From an uncultured bacterium (lineage in GTDB: Bacteria; Patescibacteriota; Minisyncoccia; Minisyncoccales; RBG-13-42-11): 64,000 nucleotides of DNA. The notes beneath the pieces are model-generated. The model had not been told where the DNA came from. It worked only from the letters and a program-made list of their open reading frames with translations, and did not search any database. The DNA is taken from contig CAWBPO010000001.1 of NCBI GenBank assembly GCA_963790795.1, positions 140,073 through 204,072 on the forward strand, read 5' to 3'. The position numbers and the translations under genes are program-made. Shown in pieces: positions 25,929 through 34,385 of this stretch; position 1 is the stretch's first letter; the number at the start of each line of letters is the position of its first letter.

Positions 25929-28121
25929 ATGGGTCCAATAGTAAGCGCAGTTGCCACTGCTTTATCAGGCGTTTTCGCCACTCTATTAGGGTTAGTTTTC
26001 AATATCTTGGGGATAATCAGCGGAGCTTTTCTATGGGTCTCTGTTAATGTTTTCAATTGGGTTCTTTCGCCTGATTTTATTTCTCTGTCTTATACCGATC
26101 CATCCAAAAATCCTTTTCTTGAAATCGGCTGGGGATTAACCAGGGATTTTGCCAATATTATCATTGTTTTGGCATTAGTAGTAATAGGATTGGGAACAGC
26201 TCTTCGTCTTGCCGGCTATCAAGCTCAGAAAGCTTTGCCAAGCTTGATTCTAATTGCTCTTTTAATTAATTTCACTCCTGTTATATGCGGCTTGATTGTT
26301 GATGCGTCAAACATCTTAATGAGTTTTTTTGTCGGAGAAGGTTTTGCCGGAGGAAACTCTTTTGTAAATCTGGCTCTTAACCAATGGTCAAATATCAGTT
26401 CTCTGGCAGGTGGACTAAAATTCTGGGATCCTGTTGCCAGCCAAGAAGCAATAGCTGCGTCTATTGGCAGTTTTGTTTTGATAATGTTTAATTTTTTTGC
26501 CGCTTTGATTTACCTTGTTTTTGCTCTTTTGTTTGCCCTCCGTTATGTTGCTATTTGGGTCTTGGTTATCCTTTCGCCACTTGCTTTTGCCTGTTATATT
26601 CTGCCCGACACCAGAAATGTCTGGTCACAATGGTGGAAACAATTCATCCAGTGGTCGTTTATTGGAGTGATTGCTGCTTTCTTTTTATATCTGGCAGACC
26701 ACTTCTTAATGGCGACAAAAAGTACTGATTTTCTGGGTTCGGCCATGCAGGAAGTGGGCAATGCTCCTGGCTTATCGTCGATTCTTAATAGTATTATGCC
26801 TTACGGTATTGCTCTTGTTTTTCTTTTTATAGGATTGATGCTGTCTTTGTCTTCTAGTGCTGCGGGAGCTGACCAGATTCTTAATTTTACTAAAAAAGGA
26901 GGAATGAAAGCTGGAAAATGGATGGGCACTCGAGGGAAAGCTTTTGCCAGAGCCAGGGTTCCTGAAGCTGTAAGGAGATGGGGCGAAAGACAATCTACTG
27001 CTAAAAGATGGGGAGAAGGAGAAAAAGGAGCTAAGGGCGCTTTAAAAAGAATGGTCGGCGCTCCGGCAGCTGGAATTCAGCGCGGTATGGGCGGGCTGAT
27101 AACCAAAGGTATGAACGAAAGACTGGATACTGAAAAAAGCCACGAAAAAGCAAAAAAACAAGATGTGGCCAGTAATCTTAGAGATTATCGCGGAGCAGGC
27201 AGTGAGGCTGAAAAAGCAGGAATAATGGGGGCGATGGTTGAGAAAAACCAATTAAAAGATGCTCTTGATGTTGATAAGTTTGGCAAAAATGCTTTAACAG
27301 AAGGAGAACTATTAAAAACTTATGAAAAAGCAGTAAAATTAGGAGATTCAGATACAGCTGAAGGCATAGAAAGAGGGTTGGTTGGTAAACCAACAGTTAA
27401 CAGTTTTGCAGGGATTCTAAATAAAATGGACAATACTAAATTTGATGCGCAAGGGCTTAAGAAAGAAGATAGAAACAAAGGGTATACTTCCTATGCCCAA
27501 AAAATAATTGGCGAAGCTAAAACAGCTGATGCGATAAAACAACTTCAAAAAGGATGGGAAGATGATGACAAATTAATGGAATATGCCCATTTGTCCTGGG
27601 GGGGAAGCCAAATTAGTCAGGCTACTACAACCCACGGCAAAAACTTTAGTGATAAGTTTTCAAAATTCGCTCAAAGACGTGGAACTGACTGGTATTTTGA
27701 AATTGATCCCAATACAAACAAGATGAGAAATCCTGATGTGCCTCGTTATCTTAGTAGTAGTGGCGCTATGTCTTTGGGTATAGGATTGGCTGGTGTAAAC
27801 CAAAAAGAAATTGGCAAGAAAGCTTTTGCCGGAAGAGTAATTGAACAAAACCCTAGTTTGTCAGCACCTTACCAGCAATACTCCGCAATAAGAGAAACGA
27901 GAAAACATATTGCTAGGGAAACAAAAAAAGGAGCGGACCAAGAAGCAATTAGCAAAGCACAACAAAAATTAATAAACGCAGAATCCTCTTTAAACAACAA
28001 TTTGAATATTCTTTATGGCACAAATCCGAACTTGGAAAAAGAATGGGATAATCTTATGGAACAACTAGAGCCAAAAAAGCAAGGGCAAAAAAGAACCCCT
28101 TATCAAAGAAGAACCCCTTAA
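25929..28121 (+). CDS. Polytopic VirB6/TrbL-like membrane protein with a long hydrophilic C-terminal extension
   Basis: 730 aa. The first roughly 330 aa hold 8-9 hydrophobic helices, a pattern like T4SS VirB6/TrbL. The remaining roughly 400 aa are charged and soluble. The call rests on topology and context, not on a search. Confidence 0.5.
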   Translation: MGPIVSAVATALSGVFATLLGLVFNILGIISGAFLWVSVNVFNWVLSPDFISLSYTDPSKNPFLEIGWGLTRDFANIIIVLALVVIGLGTALRLAGYQAQKALPSLILIALLINFTPVICGLIVDASNILMSFFVGEGFAGGNSFVNLALNQWSNISSLAGGLKFWDPVASQEAIAASIGSFVLIMFNFFAALIYLVFALLFALRYVAIWVLVILSPLAFACYILPDTRNVWSQWWKQFIQWSFIGVIAAFFLYLADHFLMATKSTDFLGSAMQEVGNAPGLSSILNSIMPYGIALVFLFIGLMLSLSSSAAGADQILNFTKKGGMKAGKWMGTRGKAFARARVPEAVRRWGERQSTAKRWGEGEKGAKGALKRMVGAPAAGIQRGMGGLITKGMNERLDTEKSHEKAKKQDVASNLRDYRGAGSEAEKAGIMGAMVEKNQLKDALDVDKFGKNALTEGELLKTYEKAVKLGDSDTAEGIERGLVGKPTVNSFAGILNKMDNTKFDAQGLKKEDRNKGYTSYAQKIIGEAKTADAIKQLQKGWEDDDKLMEYAHLSWGGSQISQATTTHGKNFSDKFSKFAQRRGTDWYFEIDPNTNKMRNPDVPRYLSSSGAMSLGIGLAGVNQKEIGKKAFAGRVIEQNPSLSAPYQQYSAIRETRKHIARETKKGADQEAISKAQQKLINAESSLNNNLNILYGTNPNLEKEWDNLMEQLEPKKQGQKRTPYQRRTP

Positions 28122-28134
28122 AAAATAAAAACGA

Positions 28135-28178
28135 GCAGGAAAACTTACATTGCTTAAAAACATTGCAAATTTTCCTGC
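28135..28178 (-). terminator. Hairpin terminator for the 28190 gene (minus strand)
   Basis: GCAGGAAAA...TTTTCCTGC is a 9-bp stem with a 26-nt loop that contains a CATTGC direct repeat. On the minus strand it is followed by TCGTTTTTATTTTTT. Confidence 0.5.
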
Positions 28179-28189
28179 CCCCATAACCG

Positions 28190-28504
28190 CTATCCACTCT
28201 CAATCTCTTTGTGTAGTTTCGCAGCTTCCTGCCTTTTTTTAAAGGATTGGTGGTTGCGGCGAGCATTGGAAAGCTCGATGGAAGCTTCAGCTAAATCTTG
28301 TATAGAAAGTTTTGTCTCTGCTTCCAGTCCCGCCATGACCTGTTTGTTTAACATCTCTATGGGCGAAGCTATCTCTGTCGATGACGGTGTCGGCGTTGAA
28401 GCTGTAGGTTGCGTCTGCTGCGGCTGTCGTTTTAAACGACTCACCAACAACGCTATGGCAATCGCAGCAAGAAGAATAACTATTATAATAAACACTATTT
28501 GCAT
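28190..28504 (-). CDS. Small single-pass membrane protein, unknown function
   Basis: 104 aa with an N-terminal TM helix (IVFIIIVILLAAIAIALLV), a Q/P/T-rich linker and a helical tail. Confidence 0.5.
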   Translation of the reverse strand: MQIVFIIIVILLAAIAIALLVSRLKRQPQQTQPTASTPTPSSTEIASPIEMLNKQVMAGLEAETKLSIQDLAEASIELSNARRNHQSFKKRQEAAKLHKEIESG

Positions 28505-28564
28505 TATTCCCTCCTATTTTTCGTTAATTATATTATATACCATATTATAAATTTGTCAAGACAT

Positions 28565-29035
28565 ATGGCCAAACAATATACACAAGAAGAATTATGGAAG
28601 TTGTATGAAAAACTTCCGGAAGAATTAAAAAGAGCAATGGTCGGAGCGGACACCTCTGACCATGTTTGGAATATCTGTGAGCGATACGAGTTTGACGAAG
28701 TTTCAAAAGTGGCAAAACTGGTCGGAGACGTTCTGCTCGGCATTCTGGCGCCGGAAGACTTCCAGGAAGAGCTGGAAAAAGAGTTGAAAGTGGAAAAAGA
28801 AACAGCTAAAAAAGCAACTCAAGAGATAAACAGATTTATTTTTTATCCCGTAAGACCTCTTTTAGAACAACTGCATGAAATTAAAGTGTCGCCAGAAAGA
28901 AAACCAACCGCAGAACAACCAATAGTCACAACAGAACCGGGGGTAGAAACAGAAATTAAAACAGAAAAAGCAGTTGGAGAGGAAAAACCATCAGCTCCAT
29001 CTTCACAAGATACTTACCGAGAATCTATTGAATAA
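28565..29035 (+). CDS. Hypothetical protein (first gene of the PrgI-VirB4 string)
   Basis: I set the start at MAKQYTQEELWKLYEKLPEEL (ATG at 28565, in frame with the track ORF). It is 156 aa and acidic, and ends 2 nt before the PrgI-like gene. Confidence 0.5.
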   Translation: MAKQYTQEELWKLYEKLPEELKRAMVGADTSDHVWNICERYEFDEVSKVAKLVGDVLLGILAPEDFQEELEKELKVEKETAKKATQEINRFIFYPVRPLLEQLHEIKVSPERKPTAEQPIVTTEPGVETEIKTEKAVGEEKPSAPSSQDTYRESIE

Positions 29036-29037
29036 AT

Positions 29038-29454
29038 ATGCGTTTTACAGTGCCGCAATTCATTGAACATGAAGCAAAAATTGTCGGACCTTTAACTTTC
29101 AGACAGTTTGTTTTTGTCGGGGTAGCCGTAGCCATTTGCTTTGTTTTCTATTTTTCTTTTCCTTTCACTACTTTTTTAATGGTTTCCATGGTTTTAATAG
29201 GAGCGGCACTAGGCCTGGCTTTTTTGAAAGTGAACGGAAAACCTTTGCCTTCTCTTTTATTTGATTTTTTGAAGTTTACGATAGCGCCGAAAATGTATGT
29301 CTGGAAAAAGAAAGAACGCCAGGTAGTGGTTTACAGAAAGAGCGAGATTTCTCCTGAAAAACCCGAAGAGGAAGAAAAAGAAGCTCCGACAAGAATAGTG
29401 ACAAAAAGCAGGTTGAAAAAAATGCAAACCGAAATTGAAACTCACACAAAATAA
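29038..29454 (+). CDS. PrgI-family (VirB3-like) T4SS membrane protein
   Basis: 138 aa. MRFTVPQFIEHEAKIVGPLTFRQFVFVG followed by two TM helices is the signature opening of PrgI-family proteins from Gram-positive conjugation systems. Confidence 0.7.
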   Translation: MRFTVPQFIEHEAKIVGPLTFRQFVFVGVAVAICFVFYFSFPFTTFLMVSMVLIGAALGLAFLKVNGKPLPSLLFDFLKFTIAPKMYVWKKKERQVVVYRKSEISPEKPEEEEKEAPTRIVTKSRLKKMQTEIETHTK

Positions 29455-30075
29455 ATGGAAAACTCAAGCAGCCAACAATTTTTGGAAATAGACCAGATAA
29501 AAGAAGGTTTTTTGCTTTTGAAAAACAAGTCTTTAAGAGGAGTTTTAATGGTTTCTTCTTTGAATTTCGCTTTAAAATCAGACGACGAGCAAAAAGCGAT
29601 TATTTATCAGTTCCAGAATTTTTTAAACTCTCTGGATTTTTCAATTGAAATTGTCTTGCAATCCAGAATTTTAAACATCACAGGCTACATCGACAAACTG
29701 AAAGAAATGGAAAGGATTCAGGATAACGAGCTGATGAAAATACAAACTGCAGAATACAGGAAGTTCATTACCGAACTGATCGGCGGCAGGCAGATTCTTT
29801 CCAAAATCTTTTTCCTGACAGTCCCTTTCACTTTGGTTGAGATTCCGAAATTAGGCGGAAAAAGAAAAGTTAATTTCAGCGAAGAACAATTTCAAAGAGC
29901 AAAATCCCAGATCTGGCAAAGAATGGAATTTGTGGCAGTGGGATTGAGAAGATGCGGTTTGCAGTGTTCGCCTTTGAACACTCTTGAACTAATAGAGCTT
30001 TTTTGGAGCTTGTATCATCCTGAAGAATCAGAGGTCGGCTATTATCCTGAAATCCCACCGGAAATAATCAGATAA
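29455..30075 (+). CDS. T4SS-associated protein resembling the N-terminal domain of VirB4-type ATPases
   Basis: 206 aa. FLEIDQIKEGFLLLKNKSLRGVLMVSSLNFALKSDDEQKAIIYQFQNFLNSLDFSIEIVLQSR parallels the opening of the next ORF (IIAPASIIVKPDHLMMGKRIAKSFFIFSYPRYL...). There is no gap after the PrgI-like gene and a 2-nt gap before the VirB4-like gene. Confidence 0.35.
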   Translation: MENSSSQQFLEIDQIKEGFLLLKNKSLRGVLMVSSLNFALKSDDEQKAIIYQFQNFLNSLDFSIEIVLQSRILNITGYIDKLKEMERIQDNELMKIQTAEYRKFITELIGGRQILSKIFFLTVPFTLVEIPKLGGKRKVNFSEEQFQRAKSQIWQRMEFVAVGLRRCGLQCSPLNTLELIELFWSLYHPEESEVGYYPEIPPEIIR

Positions 30076-30077
30076 TT

Positions 30078-31919
30078 ATGGATTTATCTTTTTTAAAAAA
30101 CATATCATTGCCAAAAGGAGAGAAAAAGCCCGATGATTCGGAAAAGATTTTTGAAACCCCGATGATAGAAGCAAAAGACATCATTGCCCCAGCTTCAATT
30201 ATAGTGAAACCTGACCATTTAATGATGGGCAAAAGAATTGCCAAATCTTTTTTCATTTTCTCCTATCCGAGATATTTAAGCACTGCCTGGCTGTCACCAG
30301 TAATCAATCTTGACCAGCCAATGGATGTCAGTTTTCACATCCATCCGATTGAAACAGGCTTTGTTTTAAAACAATTAAGAAGAAAAGTGACCGAGGTCCA
30401 GGCTGAAATCATGGAAAGGGAAGAAAAGGGCTTGATAAGAGACCCTGCTCTGGAAACAGCTTACAGGGATTTGGAAGATTTGAGAGACAGACTGCAAACA
30501 GCCCAGGAAAAAATGTTTAAATTCGGATTATATCTTACTGTTTACGGCAAAACTTTAGAAGAAATAAAAAGCGTGGAAACAACTTTGCGCTCAATTCTGG
30601 AATCAAAGTTAATATATATCAAACCTTCCCTTTACCAGCAAAAAGAAGGGTTTAATTCAACCTGTCCTTATGGTTTGGACCAAATACAAGCTCACAGCCC
30701 GATGAACACAGGACCGCTTTCTTCCACTTTTCCTTTTGTCTCTTTTGATTTGAGCTCCAACGAGGGTGTCTTATTCGGGGTAAACATGCACAACAATTCC
30801 TTAATTCTTTTTGACCGCTTCAGTTTGGAAAATGCCAACAGCGTCATTTTTGCCAAGTCAGGGTCCGGAAAATCTTACGCAGTAAAACTGGAAATTATAA
30901 GGTCTTTGATGTTCGGCATAGAATGCATTATTCTTGACCCTGAAAATGAATACCGATTTCTAGCCGACGCAGTGGGCGGCTCTTTCTTTAACATGTCTTT
31001 GTCCTCGCCGAACCACGTTAATCCTTTTGATTTACCGACCCCCAGAGAAGATGAAAAGCCAGAAGACGTTCTCCGCTCAAACATTGTTAATCTGGTCGGA
31101 CTTTTAAGAATCATGCTGGGAGGATTGACCGCAGAAGAGGACGCTATTATTGACAGGGCTCTGTCTGAAACTTACGCGGCAAAAGACATTACTCCAGCCA
31201 CCGATCCAACCCTTTGGAGGGAAAAAATTCCTTTGATGTCTGATTTTGAGCAAGTTCTTGAAGAAATGGAAGGAGCTGAATCTTTAGTAAGGAGAGTGAG
31301 AAAGTTTTCCAAAGGCACTTTTTCCAAATTTTTCAACCAGCCCACCAATATTTCAATGGACAAGCCTTTTGTTGTCTTCGGCATAAGAGACATGGAAGAC
31401 GAGTTAAGACCCATGGCCATGTTCATAATCATGAGGTATATCTGGAACAAGGTGCGTTCTGAAATGAAAAAAAGAATTCTGGTGGTTGATGAAGCCTGGT
31501 GGATAATGAAATCAGAAGACGGAGCTTCATTCCTGTTCGGCATGTGCAAAAGAGCCAGAAAATACTGGCTGGGAGTGACAACTATTACTCAAGACATCAA
31601 TGACTTTATGAAGTCAGAATACGGCAAAGCGATTATTACCAACTCATCCTTGCAGTTTTTAATGAAACAATCTTCAGCCACGGCTGATGTCGTTCAAAAA
31701 ACTTTCAACCTGACAGACGAAGAAAGAATTTTATTGCTGGAATCTGCGGTCGGCGAAGGAATCTTTTTCGCCGGGCAAAAGCACGTCTCAATGAAAGTAA
31801 TCGCCTCTTATACTGAAGACCAATTTATAACCACCTCTCCGGAAGAGGTTTTAAAGATAAAAGAAGCTAAAAAGAAAATAGCTGAGCAGCAATCTTATGG
31901 AACAAGCTCAAGAATTTGA
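30078..31919 (+). CDS. virB4: VirB4/TraC-like T4SS ATPase
   Basis: 613 aa with Walker A AKSGSGKSYAV, Walker B ILVVDEAWW (the DEAW typical of VirB4) and TTITQDINDF near the C-terminus. Confidence 0.8.
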   Translation: MDLSFLKNISLPKGEKKPDDSEKIFETPMIEAKDIIAPASIIVKPDHLMMGKRIAKSFFIFSYPRYLSTAWLSPVINLDQPMDVSFHIHPIETGFVLKQLRRKVTEVQAEIMEREEKGLIRDPALETAYRDLEDLRDRLQTAQEKMFKFGLYLTVYGKTLEEIKSVETTLRSILESKLIYIKPSLYQQKEGFNSTCPYGLDQIQAHSPMNTGPLSSTFPFVSFDLSSNEGVLFGVNMHNNSLILFDRFSLENANSVIFAKSGSGKSYAVKLEIIRSLMFGIECIILDPENEYRFLADAVGGSFFNMSLSSPNHVNPFDLPTPREDEKPEDVLRSNIVNLVGLLRIMLGGLTAEEDAIIDRALSETYAAKDITPATDPTLWREKIPLMSDFEQVLEEMEGAESLVRRVRKFSKGTFSKFFNQPTNISMDKPFVVFGIRDMEDELRPMAMFIIMRYIWNKVRSEMKKRILVVDEAWWIMKSEDGASFLFGMCKRARKYWLGVTTITQDINDFMKSEYGKAIITNSSLQFLMKQSSATADVVQKTFNLTDEERILLLESAVGEGIFFAGQKHVSMKVIASYTEDQFITTSPEEVLKIKEAKKKIAEQQSYGTSSRI

Positions 31920-32310
31920 AAAAGACTCATTCGGAGCTGAACAACTTAAGGAAGTGGCGATTTTTTTAGGACCAGAAGCGATTGTCATGCTTCTTACAGC
32001 AATTGTCTTTGATGTGGGAGAGGTTTTGGTCGAGCTCATTCCTTATGCCGGACAGATTCTTTCAATTATTATGGACATTATTGCTGTTATCTTTTTTGGC
32101 GCTTGGATGTGGTTTCGTTCAGGACAAATGGCGGTACCCCAGAAAACAGGAGAAAGAATAGCTAAAGCAAAAACTCAAGTGACAAAATGGTCAAAAAGAT
32201 TAAAATGGCTGAGGCCTTTGGCTTTTGTTCTTGAAATGATTCCGGTAGTTGGTGCTCTGCCCCTTTGGACTTTGGTCGTTTATTTTGAGTTAAAATATAA
32301 TACAAAATAA
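31897..32310 (+). CDS. Small three-TM membrane protein, unknown function (overlaps the virB4 end by 23 nt)
   Basis: 137 aa with three hydrophobic segments. It is the last gene of the string. Confidence 0.45.
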   Translation: MEQAQEFEKDSFGAEQLKEVAIFLGPEAIVMLLTAIVFDVGEVLVELIPYAGQILSIIMDIIAVIFFGAWMWFRSGQMAVPQKTGERIAKAKTQVTKWSKRLKWLRPLAFVLEMIPVVGALPLWTLVVYFELKYNTK

Positions 32311-32315
32311 AAACA

Positions 32316-32331
32316 CCCCGTTTCAACGGGG
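32316..32331. terminator. Short GC hairpin between the 31897 gene and jag
   Basis: CCCCG-tttcaa-CGGGG. The right arm lies in the last codons and TGA stop of jag. Confidence 0.4.
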
Positions 32332-32781
32332 CGTAATAATCACTTTCCTTTCCGGCTCCTGGCCAATGCTTTCTGTAGTAATATCTGAACGTTCGGCCAG
32401 TTCCATATGGATGATTCTTCTTTCGTAAGCTGACATTGAGGGCAGTTCTTTTTGTTTCTTACTAAGAGCCACTTCATCGGCGACAGAACGCGCCAGCTCT
32501 TTTAAATAATCTTTCTTTTTCTTTTTATAGTCGTTAATATCCAAATCAATATAAAACATCTCTGTAATTTTTCTTCTCAGAATCGCTTTCAAGAGATGCT
32601 GGATTTCAGTTAAGGTTTGGCCTCCTTCTCCTATTAGGATTTGCGGGTCTTCGGTTTTAATGTTGATGGAAATTGTTCCTTCTCTTTCTGGCAAAACTTC
32701 CACTTCCACGTTAAAAGTGGTTTTCTGGAAAAATTCTCTTGTGGTTTTTTTAATTGTTTCTGTATCTTTAGTATTAAGCAT
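32323..32781 (-). CDS. jag: Jag/SpoIIIJ-associated RNA-binding protein (KH + R3H)
   Basis: 152 aa with an R3H-type C-terminus (ERRIIHMELAERSDITTESIGQEPERKVII). It is downstream of yidC and ends in TGA. Confidence 0.8.
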   Translation of the reverse strand: MLNTKDTETIKKTTREFFQKTTFNVEVEVLPEREGTISINIKTEDPQILIGEGGQTLTEIQHLLKAILRRKITEMFYIDLDINDYKKKKKDYLKELARSVADEVALSKKQKELPSMSAYERRIIHMELAERSDITTESIGQEPERKVIITPR

Positions 32782-33502
32782 TTTGTTTCTGCGGCTTAAT
32801 AATTAAATACTGCTGGAAAATTGAAAAAAGGGCGGTAATTATCCAATAAAGCCCGATGGCTGCAGGCAGTTTCCAAAGGATGAAGACCGTGAAAAGAGGA
32901 AAAAAGTAAAGCATCTGCTTTTGCATTATGTTTGAGAATTGAGCCATCTGATCTCCTTTAACAGCTGATTTTTTGGTTTTTGGCATTAACATTTTTGTCT
33001 GGAAGAACTGAAATATTCCGGCCAAAACAGCCAATATTAAGCTTGGCTCGGCAAGATTCATCAGTCCCAAAAATGTCGGATTAATTTCTCCTGGAGAGGG
33101 GACAAAACTGTAAAGAGAATTCATTGCTTTTGGGGCTAATCCATTCCAAAAAACCCTATAAAGGGCGAACAGAATCGGCAGCTGGATTAAAAGAGGAAGG
33201 CATCCTCCCAAAGGATTGATTTTTTCTTTTTGGTAAAGAGCCATCATTTCTTTGGCTTGTTTTTCCTTGTCATTCTTGTATTTTTGCTGGATTTCTTGGA
33301 TCTGCGGCTGTAGTTCAGCGAGCACCTTCTGAGATTTGATTGATTTCAGCATTAAAGGATAAAGAATGACCCTGATTATAATCGTTAAAACAATCACTGC
33401 AACCCCAAAATCCTTTCCCGGCAAAAACTGGTAAAGGAAAATTAAGGCGTTGAATAACGGCTGATATAATAATGTGTTAAAAGCGTTGATAAAAATTTCC
33501 AT
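32774..33502 (-). CDS. yidC: Membrane protein insertase YidC (short Gram-positive type)
   Basis: 242 aa with KSQKVLAELQPQIQEIQQKYKND and NPLGGCLPLLIQLPILFALY. Confidence 0.9.
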   Translation of the reverse strand: MEIFINAFNTLLYQPLFNALIFLYQFLPGKDFGVAVIVLTIIIRVILYPLMLKSIKSQKVLAELQPQIQEIQQKYKNDKEKQAKEMMALYQKEKINPLGGCLPLLIQLPILFALYRVFWNGLAPKAMNSLYSFVPSPGEINPTFLGLMNLAEPSLILAVLAGIFQFFQTKMLMPKTKKSAVKGDQMAQFSNIMQKQMLYFFPLFTVFILWKLPAAIGLYWIITALFSIFQQYLIIKPQKQNA

Positions 33503-33505
33503 GGA

Positions 33506-33727
33506 TTACGGCAAATCTATTCCTCCCTTGTTAAAAGGATTACATTTTAAAATTCTCCAAAAAACTTTTTGCAATCCTTTAAGCGTTCCATATTTTTCTA
33601 CTGCTTGGCAAGCATAATTGGAACAGCTGGGGTAAAAACGGCAATTATTTCCCAATGCTGTGGAAATAAAATTCCTGTAAAAATTTATTACTCTAAGAAC
33701 TGTTGACTTTACAAACTTTGTCTTCAT
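33506..33727 (-). CDS. yidD: Membrane protein insertion efficiency factor YidD
   Basis: 73 aa with CRFYPSCSNYACQAVEKYG. Confidence 0.9.
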   Translation of the reverse strand: MKTKFVKSTVLRVINFYRNFISTALGNNCRFYPSCSNYACQAVEKYGTLKGLQKVFWRILKCNPFNKGGIDLP

Positions 33728-34062
33728 TTTATTTTTGACTTGGCGAGTAATTTCTCTGTTATTTTTTTAATTTCTGGGAAATCTTTTTTTTCTATGCCGG
33801 GAAGGGTGATAAATAAATTATCGCTGCCAGCTTTAAAAGAGTTTAACTCTAATCTAATTATTTCTCTAAGTCTCCTCTTGACTTTGTTTCGAACATTTGC
33901 TTTTTTGGAAACTTTTTGTGAAACGACAAAGCCGAAACGGCTTGTCCCTAAGTTGTTTTTAATCGTTTTTAAGACTAAAGGAGCTTCTTTAAAAGCTCTG
34001 CCTTTTTTGAAAATCTTTTCAATATCTTTCTTCTTTTGGATTCTATTCTTTTGGGGGAGCAT
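33724..34062 (-). CDS. rnpA: Ribonuclease P protein component
   Basis: RFGFVVSQKVSKKANVRNKVKRRLREI. I set the start at MLPQKNR (34062) so that it does not overlap rpmH. Confidence 0.85.
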   Translation of the reverse strand: MLPQKNRIQKKKDIEKIFKKGRAFKEAPLVLKTIKNNLGTSRFGFVVSQKVSKKANVRNKVKRRLREIIRLELNSFKAGSDNLFITLPGIEKKDFPEIKKITEKLLAKSKIK

Positions 34063-34069
34063 AACCGTT

Positions 34070-34210
34070 TTAATCGCTGACAACGATTTTTTTTCTGCCT
34101 TTTTTTCTTCTCCTGCTTAAAACCCGCCTGCCGTCCTTTGTTTGCATCCTTTTTTTGAAACCGTGCTTCCTTCTTCTCGTTTTTGTTTTTTTATGATAAG
34201 TAATAGACAT
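34070..34210 (-). CDS. rpmH: 50S ribosomal protein L34
   Basis: Below the ORF-track size cut-off. My translation is [46 protein letters not shown] (46 aa). Confidence 0.9.
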   Translation of the reverse strand: MSITYHKKTKTRRRKHGFKKRMQTKDGRRVLSRRRKKGRKKIVVSD

Positions 34211-34385
34211 AATATTATCCGCAGTTAAACACTAATTATCTTAACAAAAAAAACATTTACCGTCAATTTCACAGCTTTTCCTCAATTTTTCAACAGTTTT
34301 ACGCTTTTCCCTTTTATTTCCGCTGTATTTGACATTGTGATATAATACAGCCGTGAAATTATATGCTCGTATTAACTTATAAAGT
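34211..34385. promoter_or_regulatory. rpmH-dnaA intergenic region: dnaA promoter (TGATATAAT at 34338-34346) and a DnaA-box-like TTATCCGCA (34215-34223)
   Basis: The extended -10 lies 40 nt upstream of the dnaA ATG. The box has 1 mismatch to TTATCCACA. Confidence 0.5.

Noticed and set aside
25832-26056. 75-codon N-terminal extension of the 693-aa track ORF
   Set aside because: It overlaps the divergent VirB6-like gene start and has no signal-peptide character. M76 (MKKLKTFSFLFVLIF...) gives a textbook signal peptide that matches the paralog at 22919.
34329-34334. TTGACA as the -35 of the dnaA promoter
   Set aside because: It is only 6 nt from the TATAAT at 34341, which is the wrong spacing. 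The promoter call rests on the extended -10 (TGATATAAT) alone.
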